DNA from: Hyphomicrobiales bacterium
Lineage (GTDB): Bacteria; Pseudomonadota; Alphaproteobacteria; Rhizobiales; Devosiaceae
Direction: 5' to 3'
DNA length: 64,000 nt
NCBI GenBank assembly: GCA_027065555.1
Contig: JAMONS010000129.1
Coordinates: 195-64,194 of the forward strand
Shown here: in pieces, positions 22,067-30,826 of the stretch
Layout of the letters: every line of letters begins with the position of its first letter
Numbering within the stretch: the stretch's first letter is position 1
The notes under the pieces: generated by a model
The model's input: the letters and a program-made list of their open reading frames with translations, nothing else
The model's database searches: none
What the model was told of the DNA's origin: nothing
Position numbers and translations under genes: made by a program

Positions 22067-23173
22067 TTATTGCGTTTTTTCGCTATTATTTGTGTTCGCT
22101 TCTTCAGCTTCTTTTTTATCTTTCGTTTCTTGCATTTCTTTTGCCTCTTTTTCAGCCCTAGCAACAGCTTTACGATATAGCGCAACATTTTTTTGATGAT
22201 CGGCATAAGTTACTGCAAATAAATGCCCCAAAGATGGATGCGCACCAGCTGCTACAAAGAAAATATTCTCGGTTTTGGCAGGGTTTGCCGCAGCTTCTAA
22301 AGATGCTCTACCTGGATTTGCAATAGGGCCAATCGGGAGTGCTGGAATTACATAAGTATTATAGGGCGTTTCTTTATCAAGTTCTGATTGTCTTAACCCA
22401 CGACCAAGTGGGCCTTTGCCTAATGTAATACCATAAATTACCGATGGATCAGTTTGCAAGCGCATATTCTTTTTAAGGCGATTAACAAACACGCCAGCAA
22501 CCTCTGCCCTCTCATCTGGTGATCCAGTTTCTTTTTCAATAATTGAAGCAAGGATTAATAATTCTTCTTTAGTTTTGAGCGGTAAATCAGGCGAGCGATT
22601 AGCCCATACATCAGCCAGTTCTTTTTCAAGGTTTGCGCTCATACGAGCAATAATTGTGGCTCTATCTTGCCCCTTTTCAAATGAATAAGTATCAGGCAAA
22701 AGCGTGCCCTCTGGCGGAATTTCAACTATTTCCCCAACTAAATATTGTGCTTTATTTATTCTTTGCACCGCTTCAAACGAAGTAAACCCTTCAGGGATTG
22801 TAACAGAATACGAAATAGGAGTGCCCTCTGTTAGCTCTTTCAACACATCAGCCATGCTTGAAAATTTTGCGATTTTGTATTCGCCAGCTCTAATAGAGCG
22901 TTCTTTTTGTTGCGCTCTAGTGCCTAATTGAAATGCCCAACTATTTGAAATAATATTATTTGCTTGTAAATTCTTAGAAATTGTTGCCAACCCGTTTCCA
23001 CGCTCAACAACAAATATAGCATCTTCTTTAAGGTCGCCCTTATTATAAAAATCATTAGCAAAATACACAAAAGCTGCAGCCATAGCTAAAATTGCTAACA
23101 CTAAAAGTGTAAGAAAAGCGTTTGTTATTTCTATTAAGGCGCTACGTTGGCGTTTTGCTTTTCGTTTTTTCAT
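22067..23173 (-). CDS. mltG: Endolytic murein transglycosylase MltG (YceG family)
   Basis: 368 aa. N-terminal TM helix and YceG motifs (LASIIEKETG, TPYNTY). K/E-rich C-terminal tail. Confidence 0.92.
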   Translation of the reverse strand: MKKRKAKRQRSALIEITNAFLTLLVLAILAMAAAFVYFANDFYNKGDLKEDAIFVVERGNGLATISKNLQANNIISNSWAFQLGTRAQQKERSIRAGEYKIAKFSSMADVLKELTEGTPISYSVTIPEGFTSFEAVQRINKAQYLVGEIVEIPPEGTLLPDTYSFEKGQDRATIIARMSANLEKELADVWANRSPDLPLKTKEELLILASIIEKETGSPDERAEVAGVFVNRLKKNMRLQTDPSVIYGITLGKGPLGRGLRQSELDKETPYNTYVIPALPIGPIANPGRASLEAAANPAKTENIFFVAAGAHPSLGHLFAVTYADHQKNVALYRKAVARAEKEAKEMQETKDKKEAEEANTNNSEKTQ

Positions 23174-23300
23174 GAGATGTTATAAGCCTATCTTTATAAT
23201 CTGTAAAAATATTTCCTGCGTATTTGAATGTAGAATTAGGCAAAAACAAGGAGTATTTGTCGCCATAAATAAGTTTACATTATTAAAGGCAAATCAACAA

Positions 23301-24569
23301 TTATATTTTTCTAAATACTAAACTTGCATTCGTTCCACCAAACCCAAATGAATTTGAAAGCGCAATATCAATTTGCTTTTTAACTGGCTTATGAGGCGCT
23401 AAATTTATTTCAGTTTCAATCGAGGGGTTATCAAGATTTATAGTTGGCGGCGCAATATTATCTCGCATTGCTAAAAGCGAGAAAATTGCCTCAACTGCGC
23501 CCGCTGCTCCAAGCAAATGCCCAACTGACGATTTAGTTGATGACATTACAATGTTTTTTGCACTTTCGCCAAGCAGGCGAGTAACTGCGCCAAGTTCAAT
23601 TTCATCACCTAATGGAGTTGAAGTACCGTGTGCATTGATATAATCAATATCGCTTGGTGTAATATCAGCATTGTTAATTGCCGCTTTCATTGAGCGATAA
23701 GCACCATCACCATCGTCAGCTGGCGCTGTAATGTGATGTGCATCGCCAGAAAGTCCATAGCCGATCACTTCGCCATATATTTTTGCGCCACGTGCCTTTG
23801 CATGTTCATATTCTTCTAACACAACAACTCCAGCGCCCTCGCCCATCACAAAACCATCACGCGCTTTATCATAGGGACGTGAAGCGCTAGTTGGATCATC
23901 ATTAAAGCTAGTTGAAAGCGCCCTAGAAGCCGCAAAGCCAGCCAGAGAAAGTCGATTAACTGGTGATTCTGCACCACCTGCAACCATAATTTCAGCGTCG
24001 CCAAAGGCAATAAGACGAGCTGCATCGCCGATTGCGTGTGTACCTGTAGCACAAGCTGTTGCAACTGAATGATTAGGGCCTTTTAAGCCAAATCTTATTG
24101 AAACATGCCCAGAAACCAAATTAATTAGCCGTCCAGGAATGAAGAATGGGCTGATTCGCCGTGCCCCACGCTCTTTAAGTATATTAGCAACCTCATAAAG
24201 CCCACCACTACCCCCAATCCCAGAGCCAATCATCACACCAGCTCGTTGTTTTTGCCTGTCAGTTTTCAGCTCAACACCACTATCATTAATTGCTTGCGTA
24301 GCCGCTGCCATGCCGAAAACAATGAATGGATCTACTCTTCTTTGTTCCTTACTCTCCATCCAATCATCAGGATTGAATAAGCCATCAGAGCCATCACCTA
24401 AAGGAATACGGCAAGCAATCTTACATGAAATATCATCGACTTCAAAATCATCTATGCGCTTTGCACCAGATTTTGATAATAGAATATTATTCCAAACAGG
24501 CTCGACACCGCAACCCAAAGGGCTAACGATGCCTAGTCCACTAACAACAACTCTTCTTAATTGCTTCAC
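23301..24569 (-). CDS. fabF: 3-oxoacyl-ACP synthase II
   Basis: 422 aa. Active-site ATACATG Cys and the HGTSTP / GHLLGAAG motifs. GTG start with an AGGGG Shine-Dalgarno. Confidence 0.96.
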   Translation of the reverse strand: MKQLRRVVVSGLGIVSPLGCGVEPVWNNILLSKSGAKRIDDFEVDDISCKIACRIPLGDGSDGLFNPDDWMESKEQRRVDPFIVFGMAAATQAINDSGVELKTDRQKQRAGVMIGSGIGGSGGLYEVANILKERGARRISPFFIPGRLINLVSGHVSIRFGLKGPNHSVATACATGTHAIGDAARLIAFGDAEIMVAGGAESPVNRLSLAGFAASRALSTSFNDDPTSASRPYDKARDGFVMGEGAGVVVLEEYEHAKARGAKIYGEVIGYGLSGDAHHITAPADDGDGAYRSMKAAINNADITPSDIDYINAHGTSTPLGDEIELGAVTRLLGESAKNIVMSSTKSSVGHLLGAAGAVEAIFSLLAMRDNIAPPTINLDNPSIETEINLAPHKPVKKQIDIALSNSFGFGGTNASLVFRKI

Positions 24570-24594
24570 CTGATACCCCTATTTTAAGAGGAGA

Positions 24595-24831
24595 TTAGTC
24601 AACAGCTTTGGTTAGGAATGCAACAGCATCACCAAATGTTTGAATGCCTTCAGCTGCATCATCAGGAATTTCTACGTCAAATTCTTCTTCAAACGCCATT
24701 ACGAGTTCTACTTGATCCAAACTATCAGCGCCAAGGTCATCGATAAAACTAGCTTTTTCTGTAACTTTGTCTGCCTCAACATTGAGGTGCTCGACGACAA
24801 TTTTCTTAACGCGATCTGCGATATCACTCAT
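24595..24831 (-). CDS. acpP: Acyl carrier protein
   Basis: 78 aa with the LGADSLD phosphopantetheine attachment site. Confidence 0.97.
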   Translation of the reverse strand: MSDIADRVKKIVVEHLNVEADKVTEKASFIDDLGADSLDQVELVMAFEEEFDVEIPDDAAEGIQTFGDAVAFLTKAVD

Positions 24832-24991
24832 AATATGTTCCTTTATTCCAAATATATATGTTATTTAACTGTGTTCGTATGGCAATGTAATAGTATAAAT
24901 GTCAATGCAAATGAATAAAAAATACTGAAAAATGAATAAAAATACTGGGATTTGCATAAAAACCCTGTTTTTCAACTCTTTTTTTGGCAAG

Positions 24992-25031
24992 ATTTCTTAA
25001 ATCATCGCCATATTTCTTAAATCATCGCCAT
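24992..25031. repeat. Perfect 20-bp tandem duplication spanning the fabG stop codon
   Basis: ATTTCTTAAATCATCGCCAT occurs twice back to back (24992-25011 and 25012-25031). The second copy holds the last fabG codons (..MAMI) and the stop. Confidence 0.95.
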
Positions 25032-25754
25032 GCCACCATTCACATTTAATGTTTGACCCGTAATATAAGCGGCTTCATCACTTGCCAAGAAAACCGCACA
25101 ATCCGCTACTTCTTTAGCGCTTCCAAGCCTATTAGCTGGAATTTTTGTCAAAATTGCTTCTCGTTGCTTGTCATTTAACTGATCAGTCATTGCGGAGGCG
25201 ATAAAACCGGGGGCAATAATATTTGCGGTAATATTTCTTGATGCAACTTCTTGCGCCAATGATTTTGTCATGCCAATAAGCCCAGCTTTTGATGCGGCAT
25301 AATTGGCTTGCCCTGCATTTCCTGTAACGCCAACAACTGAGCTAATCCCGATAATGCGCCCAAAGCGTTGTTTCATCATGGGGCGCAACACTGCACGTGA
25401 AAGGCGAAAAGCTGCGGTTAAATTAACCGCCAAAACTTGATCCCATTCTTCATTTTTCATGCGCATAAAAATATTATCACGAGTAATACCAGCATTATTG
25501 ACTAATATATCCAAGCCATTCATCGCTTTAATTGCATTGGGGATTAACTCATCAACCTCGCTTAAATCAGAAAGATTACATTGTAATATATGTGATTTTT
25601 GCTCAATTTCACTAGCAGTAGCCTCAAGCGCTTCAAGGCGAGTACCGCTAAGCGTAACTTCAGCCCCAGCTTTTGCTAGGCTTTTAGCAATTTCACGCCC
25701 AATTCCACCGCTCGCACCTGTTACCAGCGCTTTTTTACCACTCAAATCAAACAT
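25017..25754 (-). CDS. fabG: 3-oxoacyl-ACP reductase
   Basis: 245 aa with TGASGGIG and YAASKAG motifs. Confidence 0.96.
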   Translation of the reverse strand: MFDLSGKKALVTGASGGIGREIAKSLAKAGAEVTLSGTRLEALEATASEIEQKSHILQCNLSDLSEVDELIPNAIKAMNGLDILVNNAGITRDNIFMRMKNEEWDQVLAVNLTAAFRLSRAVLRPMMKQRFGRIIGISSVVGVTGNAGQANYAASKAGLIGMTKSLAQEVASRNITANIIAPGFIASAMTDQLNDKQREAILTKIPANRLGSAKEVADCAVFLASDEAAYITGQTLNVNGGMAMI

Positions 25755-25764
25755 ATTTATTCCT

Positions 25765-26715
25765 CTAACTCTTTAATTCTAATGCAAATGCTTCAATTTG
25801 CTCTGGTGTGTTGAGCGAAACTGACTTTACTTCTCTATTAATGCGTTTTGCTAGTCCGCTCAACACTTTTCCAGCGCCAAGTTCAACAAGTTGCGTAACT
25901 TCGCCCTCATTTGTTAACCATTCGACACTCTGTCTCCAGCGCACCATGCCGCTAACCTGCTCAACTAGCCTTTTCCTAATTTCAGAAGGCTCAGTTATGG
26001 GTTTAGCCAGCACGTTGCACACCAGCGGCACAATCGGGCCTTGCATATCAACTAACGCCAATGCTTCTTCCATTTTTTCAGCCGCTGGGCACATTAGCGA
26101 GCAATGAAAAGGCGCACTAACAGGCAGTAAAAGCGCTCTTTTTGCTCCCTTTGCTTTGGCAAGCTCAATCGCCCTCTCAATCGCTTCTTTATTACCAGAA
26201 ATAACCACCTGACCATTAGCATTGTCATTGGCAATCTCACAAATTGCGCCCTGCCCTGCCTGTTTTGCTACTTCTATCACATCTTCAAACTCTAAACCAA
26301 TAATCGCTGCCATTGCCCCTTGCCCAACTGGCACGGCTTGTTGCATTGCTTGTCCACGAGTTTTGAGTAATCTTGCAGCATCAGAAAGCGAAAAAGTACC
26401 AGCAGCACAAAGAGCCGAATATTCACCGAGCGAATGACCAGCAACAAAAGAGGCATTATTTTCAATGTTTATGCCTTTTTCTTCAAGCACTTTAATAACT
26501 GCCATTGAAACCGCCAACAATGCTGGCTGCGCATTTTCGGTTAAGCGTAACTCATCGTCATTACCCTCAAACATGATTTTTGAGAGATTTTGATTGAGTG
26601 CCTCATCAACTTGCTCAAATACCTGTTTAGCAACTTTATATGATTTTGCTAATCCTTGCCCCATACCGATAGCTTGGCTACCTTGCCCTGGAAATGTAAA
26701 AGCTGTTTTACCCAT
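25765..26715 (-). CDS. fabD: Malonyl CoA-ACP transacylase
   Basis: 316 aa with FPGQGSQ and the GHSLGEYSAL active site. Confidence 0.96.
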   Translation of the reverse strand: MGKTAFTFPGQGSQAIGMGQGLAKSYKVAKQVFEQVDEALNQNLSKIMFEGNDDELRLTENAQPALLAVSMAVIKVLEEKGINIENNASFVAGHSLGEYSALCAAGTFSLSDAARLLKTRGQAMQQAVPVGQGAMAAIIGLEFEDVIEVAKQAGQGAICEIANDNANGQVVISGNKEAIERAIELAKAKGAKRALLLPVSAPFHCSLMCPAAEKMEEALALVDMQGPIVPLVCNVLAKPITEPSEIRKRLVEQVSGMVRWRQSVEWLTNEGEVTQLVELGAGKVLSGLAKRINREVKSVSLNTPEQIEAFALELKS

Positions 26716-26816
26716 CTAAATACCTAACATTGGTTGTTTATTATTGTGGCTTAGCAGAATATAAAATCAATGCTAGTCTAGCAACAAAGAAAATATATGA
26801 AAGTTATTTTGTCACA

Positions 26817-27911
26817 ATGAAATGGTCACCACAACAACAAGATGCGCTTAAAGCTGTATCTAACTGGCTTAAAGATAAAAATAGCGAACAAGTTTTTCGT
26901 CTATTTGGCTGGGCTGGCACTGGAAAATCAACGCTGGCACGCCATCTTGCGCAAGATGTTGGCACTGTTCGTTATGCCGCTTTTACTGGCAAGGCGGCAT
27001 TAGTTATGAAAAAGCGTGGTTGCACAGGTGCTAGCACCATTCATTCGCTAATTTATACGCTAGTTTCAGACAAAGAAGGAGAGCCGCAATTTCGGCTTGA
27101 TCCAGAAAGCGATGCTGTTGATGCTGATCTCATTGTTATTGATGAAGTTTCTATGGTTGATGAAATATTGGCACGTGATCTATTGTCATTTGGTACAAAG
27201 ATTTTAGTGCTTGGTGATCCATTCCAACTGCCTCCAGTAAGGGGCGCTGGTTATTTTACTGATCAAGATCCAGATATTATGCTCACAGAAATTCATCGCC
27301 AAGCCTTTGATAATCCTATCATTCGCATGTCGCTTGATATTCGTGAGGGGCGAAGGCTCACTCGTGGTGAATATGGTAAATCGCTAGTAATTGCAAAGAA
27401 CGACGTTGACCAGCAAGAAGTATTAAAAGCTGATCAGGTGCTAGTTGGGCGCAATAAAACTCGCCTTGATTATAATAATCGACTGCGTGAATTGCTAGAA
27501 TTACCACATCAAATGCCAACCATTAATGATAGGGTAGTTTGCTTGCGTAATAACCCACGTAAAAAATTACTCAATGGACAAATTTGGATTGTCACAGACG
27601 TAAAGGTCAAAAATAAAGGCAAACTGCACCTCACCCTTGCCTCTGACGATAGTAGTAATAAATTAGTAGAAACTAGCGTTAAAACCCACCGTGATTTTTT
27701 TATGGGGGAAGAGGATAAAATGTCATGGCCTGTAAGAAAACAATATGATGAATTCACCTTTGGCTATTGCCTAACGGTGCATAAAGCGCAGGGCAGCCAG
27801 TGGGATAATGTATATTTATTTGATGAAAGCTACGTGTTTCGTGAAGAATCCCAACGTTGGCTTTATACTGGCATAACTAGAGCTGCTGAGAAGATTATTA
27901 TTGTTAGTTAG
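26817..27911 (+). CDS. SF1B DNA helicase, RecD/Dda-like (AAA_30 plus UvrD_C_2 type)
   Basis: ATG at 26817 (MKWSPQQQDAL...). Walker A GWAGTGKST, Walker B LIVIDEVSMV, motif III VLGDPFQLPPV, motif VI TVHKAQGSQWDNV. The ORF-track TTG at 26730 is unlikely. Confidence 0.88.
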   Translation: MKWSPQQQDALKAVSNWLKDKNSEQVFRLFGWAGTGKSTLARHLAQDVGTVRYAAFTGKAALVMKKRGCTGASTIHSLIYTLVSDKEGEPQFRLDPESDAVDADLIVIDEVSMVDEILARDLLSFGTKILVLGDPFQLPPVRGAGYFTDQDPDIMLTEIHRQAFDNPIIRMSLDIREGRRLTRGEYGKSLVIAKNDVDQQEVLKADQVLVGRNKTRLDYNNRLRELLELPHQMPTINDRVVCLRNNPRKKLLNGQIWIVTDVKVKNKGKLHLTLASDDSSNKLVETSVKTHRDFFMGEEDKMSWPVRKQYDEFTFGYCLTVHKAQGSQWDNVYLFDESYVFREESQRWLYTGITRAAEKIIIVS

Positions 27912-27931
27912 GGGAAATATAGGAGTTGTAT

Positions 27932-28231
27932 ATGGATTGGACATTTATTTTTACTGTAGCTTCAGTAATTGGCTGGATTATATCTAGCTTATTTTGGTTC
28001 TGGGCAGCTACTTTAAAACTACCTATTGACTTGCCAGATGATGATATAGGAGAAGGAAATTGTAGTCTTGGGGATGGTGGTTTCATCTTTCATGGCTATG
28101 CCTTACCCACCTCAAAAGAAATTAAAAATTATATTAGAAAGGCAAAATTTAGAAGCGGAGGCGCAGCTCTATTAAGTGGCATTTCAGCATTATTATCTGC
28201 ACTTGCTATATATTTCTCAAGTTTAAATTAA
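27932..28231 (+). CDS. Hypothetical small 2-TM membrane protein
   Basis: AGGAG Shine-Dalgarno 6 nt before the ATG at 27932. 99 aa with hydrophobic helices at both ends (WTFIFTVASVIGWIISSLFWFWAATL; GGAALLSGISALLSALAIYFSSL). 20 nt after the helicase stop. Confidence 0.6.
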   Translation: MDWTFIFTVASVIGWIISSLFWFWAATLKLPIDLPDDDIGEGNCSLGDGGFIFHGYALPTSKEIKNYIRKAKFRSGGAALLSGISALLSALAIYFSSLN

Positions 28232-28238
28232 ATGGGAA

Positions 28239-28439
28239 ATGCCAGACTTCCCTCTGCCGTCATGTCGTTGAAAAACGGCATCCAGCAGCCCTTTGAATTT
28301 ATAAAAATTGCAGTTAATAACTCTAATTTTTGCAAAACAGAAGAAGTTAGGAGTGAATTTTCTTAAATTAATATAAAGAAAACAACGCTAATGGATACCG
28401 TTTTTCAACGGCATGACGATTGAGAGTGACTTCCAGCAT
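28239..28439. repeat. MITE-like element: about 45-bp imperfect terminal inverted repeats around an AT-rich 109-bp core
   Basis: Left arm 28239-28283 ATGCCAGACTTCCCTCTGCCGTCATGTCGTTGAAAAACGGCATCC. Reverse complement of right arm 28393-28439 ATGCTGGAAGTCACTCTCAATCGTCATGCCGTTGAAAAACGGTATCC. About 36 of 45 positions match, with one 2-nt indel. Confidence 0.7.
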
Positions 28440-28456
28440 AATATAGTATTCCTACA

Positions 28457-28861
28457 TTATATACGCTTAAAATTTATCGTTTTGCAAAATACAAAATTAC
28501 AACCATTTAGGCGTAATCTATTTTTATTTATCAATGTTAGGCTACCGCTAAGTCTTTCACCTGCATAATTTAGTGATCCACGCCATTTGTTAGCTTGAAC
28601 AGGTCTTGCGCCAGTTAAAATAACCTTGTTTAGATGTTTTAGGTTTGTAGATGAGCGAGCATCAGAGCGTAACCAAACTAGCTTAGCACAAATTGCTTTG
28701 CCGCTTTTACAAGTTGTAATTTCATAGCGAGATTCACCGCTGGTTGTTTGCCAGCTACCAATAGGAGTATTTTCACCAGCTTGAGCAGCAGGGATTGCTA
28801 ATGGGAAAGCAAGGGAGGAAGCAATGGTGAAAGCGATAATTGATTTAAGTAGTTTAGTCAT
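28457..28861 (-). CDS. DUF2147-like secreted protein
   Basis: GGAG Shine-Dalgarno 6 nt before the ATG at 28861. Signal peptide MTKLLKSIIAFTIASSLAFPLAIPAAQA, then GSWQT...GKAICAKLVWL...KWRGSL, typical of DUF2147. Confidence 0.75.
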   Translation of the reverse strand: MTKLLKSIIAFTIASSLAFPLAIPAAQAGENTPIGSWQTTSGESRYEITTCKSGKAICAKLVWLRSDARSSTNLKHLNKVILTGARPVQANKWRGSLNYAGERLSGSLTLINKNRLRLNGCNFVFCKTINFKRI

Positions 28862-29243
28862 TTTGAACTCCAAAACATAGTGACATTAAAATTGAAGCTC
28901 ATATCTCGCATAGGTAAAATGAATTAAATTCGAACCCAGCATTCATTTTAGGTTCATATCGTTTTGAGTTGGAACAAAGCACAATTAAAAAAAGCGAGTT
29001 AATTGAATATTTTGCTTGAAAAATTCAGATAATAACCTTATTGAGCATATATTCGTTCGGCTGGGGGCTGAACGGAGGGCTGGCATTTGTCAGTAAGATT
29101 TTTGATTTATCAAATATCTGGCTTCCCGTGTCCCCACTATTTGAAGATTTCTTTGACGCCTTATAAGGCTTCATAAAGGCTTTGCGCTAAACGAGTGAAA
29201 TTTTAACCAGAGCATTATGCTCTCAAATTGAAAGGCGTCTTTA

Positions 29244-29609
29244 ATGGCACTATACGAACATATTTTTATGGCGCGCCAAGATATATCCGCAGCCCAAGTC
29301 GAAGAGTTGACCAAATCATATACTGAAATTTTAGAAGCGAATGGTGGCAAAGTTACCAAGCACGAATATTGGGGAATTAAGTCCCTCGCCTATCGTGTCA
29401 ACAAAAACCGCAAAGCGCATTATACATTTTTGAATGTTGATGCCCCTCATGCTGCAGTTGCAGAAGTTGAGCGTCAAATGCGAATCAATGAAGATGTTTT
29501 ACGCTTCATGACTATTGCAGTTGAAAAATTAGATGATGAGCCATCAATTATGATGCAAAAACGTGAAGAGCGTTCTGATCGTCCAAATCGTGGCCCCCGC
29601 AGGTTTTAA
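29244..29609 (+). CDS. rpsF: 30S ribosomal protein S6
   Basis: 121 aa: [15 protein letters not shown]...[21 protein letters not shown]. Confidence 0.97.
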   Translation: MALYEHIFMARQDISAAQVEELTKSYTEILEANGGKVTKHEYWGIKSLAYRVNKNRKAHYTFLNVDAPHAAVAEVERQMRINEDVLRFMTIAVEKLDDEPSIMMQKREERSDRPNRGPRRF

Positions 29610-29628
29610 GTTTTAAGGAATAAACAAT

Positions 29629-29883
29629 ATGGCAATTCGTAATCTTACAGCAAAACAAGCAAGACGTCCGTTTCAGCGCCGTCGCAAAACATGTCCTTTT
29701 TCTGGCGCTAAAGCTAGCAAAATTGATTATAAAGACGTGCGCCTTTTACAGCGTTATATTTCTGAGCGTGGTAAAATAGTACCAAGTCGCATTAGCGCCG
29801 TTTCTGCAAAAAAACAGCGTGAACTAGCAAAAGCAATTAAACGTGCAAGAAATTTGGCTTTGTTGCCGTTTGCAGTTAAATAA
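29629..29883 (+). CDS. rpsR: 30S ribosomal protein S18
   Basis: 84 aa with [24 protein letters not shown]. Confidence 0.97.
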   Translation: MAIRNLTAKQARRPFQRRRKTCPFSGAKASKIDYKDVRLLQRYISERGKIVPSRISAVSAKKQRELAKAIKRARNLALLPFAVK

Positions 29884-29976
29884 TTAAATCCCTCATTTGA
29901 GGGTAATTAGCTGGAGTGTTGGAAATAATTTCGCACTCCTAACCGCAATAATAGCGGGACAGCATGGAGAAATAAA

Positions 29977-30642
29977 ATGAAAGTTATACTACTTGAAAAA
30001 GTTGGCCGCTATGGCTCACTTGGTGATGAAGTTGTAGTCAAAAACGGCTTTGCACGCAATTTCCTACTTCCACAAGGTAAAGCATTAAGAGCGACAGAGG
30101 CTAACCGTAAGCATTTTGAAGCTGAAAAAGTAGCTATTGAAAAACGCAATGAAGAGCGCAAAGAACAAGCCGCTGGTATTGCAACTGGCTTAAATGGTCA
30201 TTCTATCATAATGATTCGTCAAGCCGCAGAAACTGGTCAACTTTATGGTTCAGTTAGCTCTCGTGATATTTCAGAAGCACTTGTTAGAGATGGTTTTGAA
30301 GTGCAACGCTCGCAAGTTGATCTCGCATTAGCTATTAAAACAGTTGGCTTGCATGCAGTAGAACTTAAATTGCACGCTGAAGTTGATATTAATGTAAAAG
30401 TTAATGTTGCCCGCTCAGAAGATGAAGCAAAGCGCCAAGCAACTGGTGAAGATCTATTGATTGTTTCTTATGATGATGAGAGCGATAAAGCGCAAAATCT
30501 TGGTGACGTTTTTGAAGAGGACGACAAACAGCTTGATGAGTTAGAGCCAAACAGCGAAGACGAGGCTGAAGCTGAAACAGCTGAAGAAGTTAGCGAAGAA
30601 GCCAATGAAGAATCTGAGGCTTCAGAAGAAGGAAAACAATAG
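29977..30642 (+). CDS. rplI: 50S ribosomal protein L9 with a long acidic C-terminal tail
   Basis: 221 aa: MKVILLEKVGRYGSLGDEVVVKNGFARNFLLPQGKA. The tail is DDESDKAQNLGDVFEEDDKQLDELEPNSEDEAEAETAEEVSEEANEESEASEEGKQ. Confidence 0.95.
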   Translation: MKVILLEKVGRYGSLGDEVVVKNGFARNFLLPQGKALRATEANRKHFEAEKVAIEKRNEERKEQAAGIATGLNGHSIIMIRQAAETGQLYGSVSSRDISEALVRDGFEVQRSQVDLALAIKTVGLHAVELKLHAEVDINVKVNVARSEDEAKRQATGEDLLIVSYDDESDKAQNLGDVFEEDDKQLDELEPNSEDEAEAETAEEVSEEANEESEASEEGKQ

Positions 30643-30670
30643 ACTGATTCTCTTTTAATCTGATTAATTT

Positions 30671-30699
30671 AGGCTGGGCTTGTTCCAGCCTATTTTTTT
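30671..30699 (+). terminator. Rho-independent terminator after rplI
   Basis: AGGCTGG-gcttgtt-CCAGCCT followed by ATTTTTTT. Confidence 0.85.
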
Positions 30700-30826
30700 G
30701 AACATATTCAATTTATCCCCACTAACTTTTTTATCAAAAAAAATATCATTGCTAAAATGTAAACTAATGTGGAAAAACCTCAAAAATTGTGATTAGGTTA
30801 AGTTAAATACTATCTTGGGAAATATA

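Noticed and set aside
22015-22206. 63-aa Lys-rich ORF overlapping the mltG 3' end and the yicC start
   Set aside because: It is an alternative-frame reading of the K/E-rich mltG tail (poly-AAG/AAA codons). It overlaps two well-supported genes.
26730-26816. TTG-initiated 29-codon N-terminal extension of the helicase
   Set aside because: It would begin 15 nt from the divergent fabD start and encodes non-conserved sequence (MVVYYCGLAEYKINAS...). The ATG at 26817 precedes the conserved helicase N-terminus.
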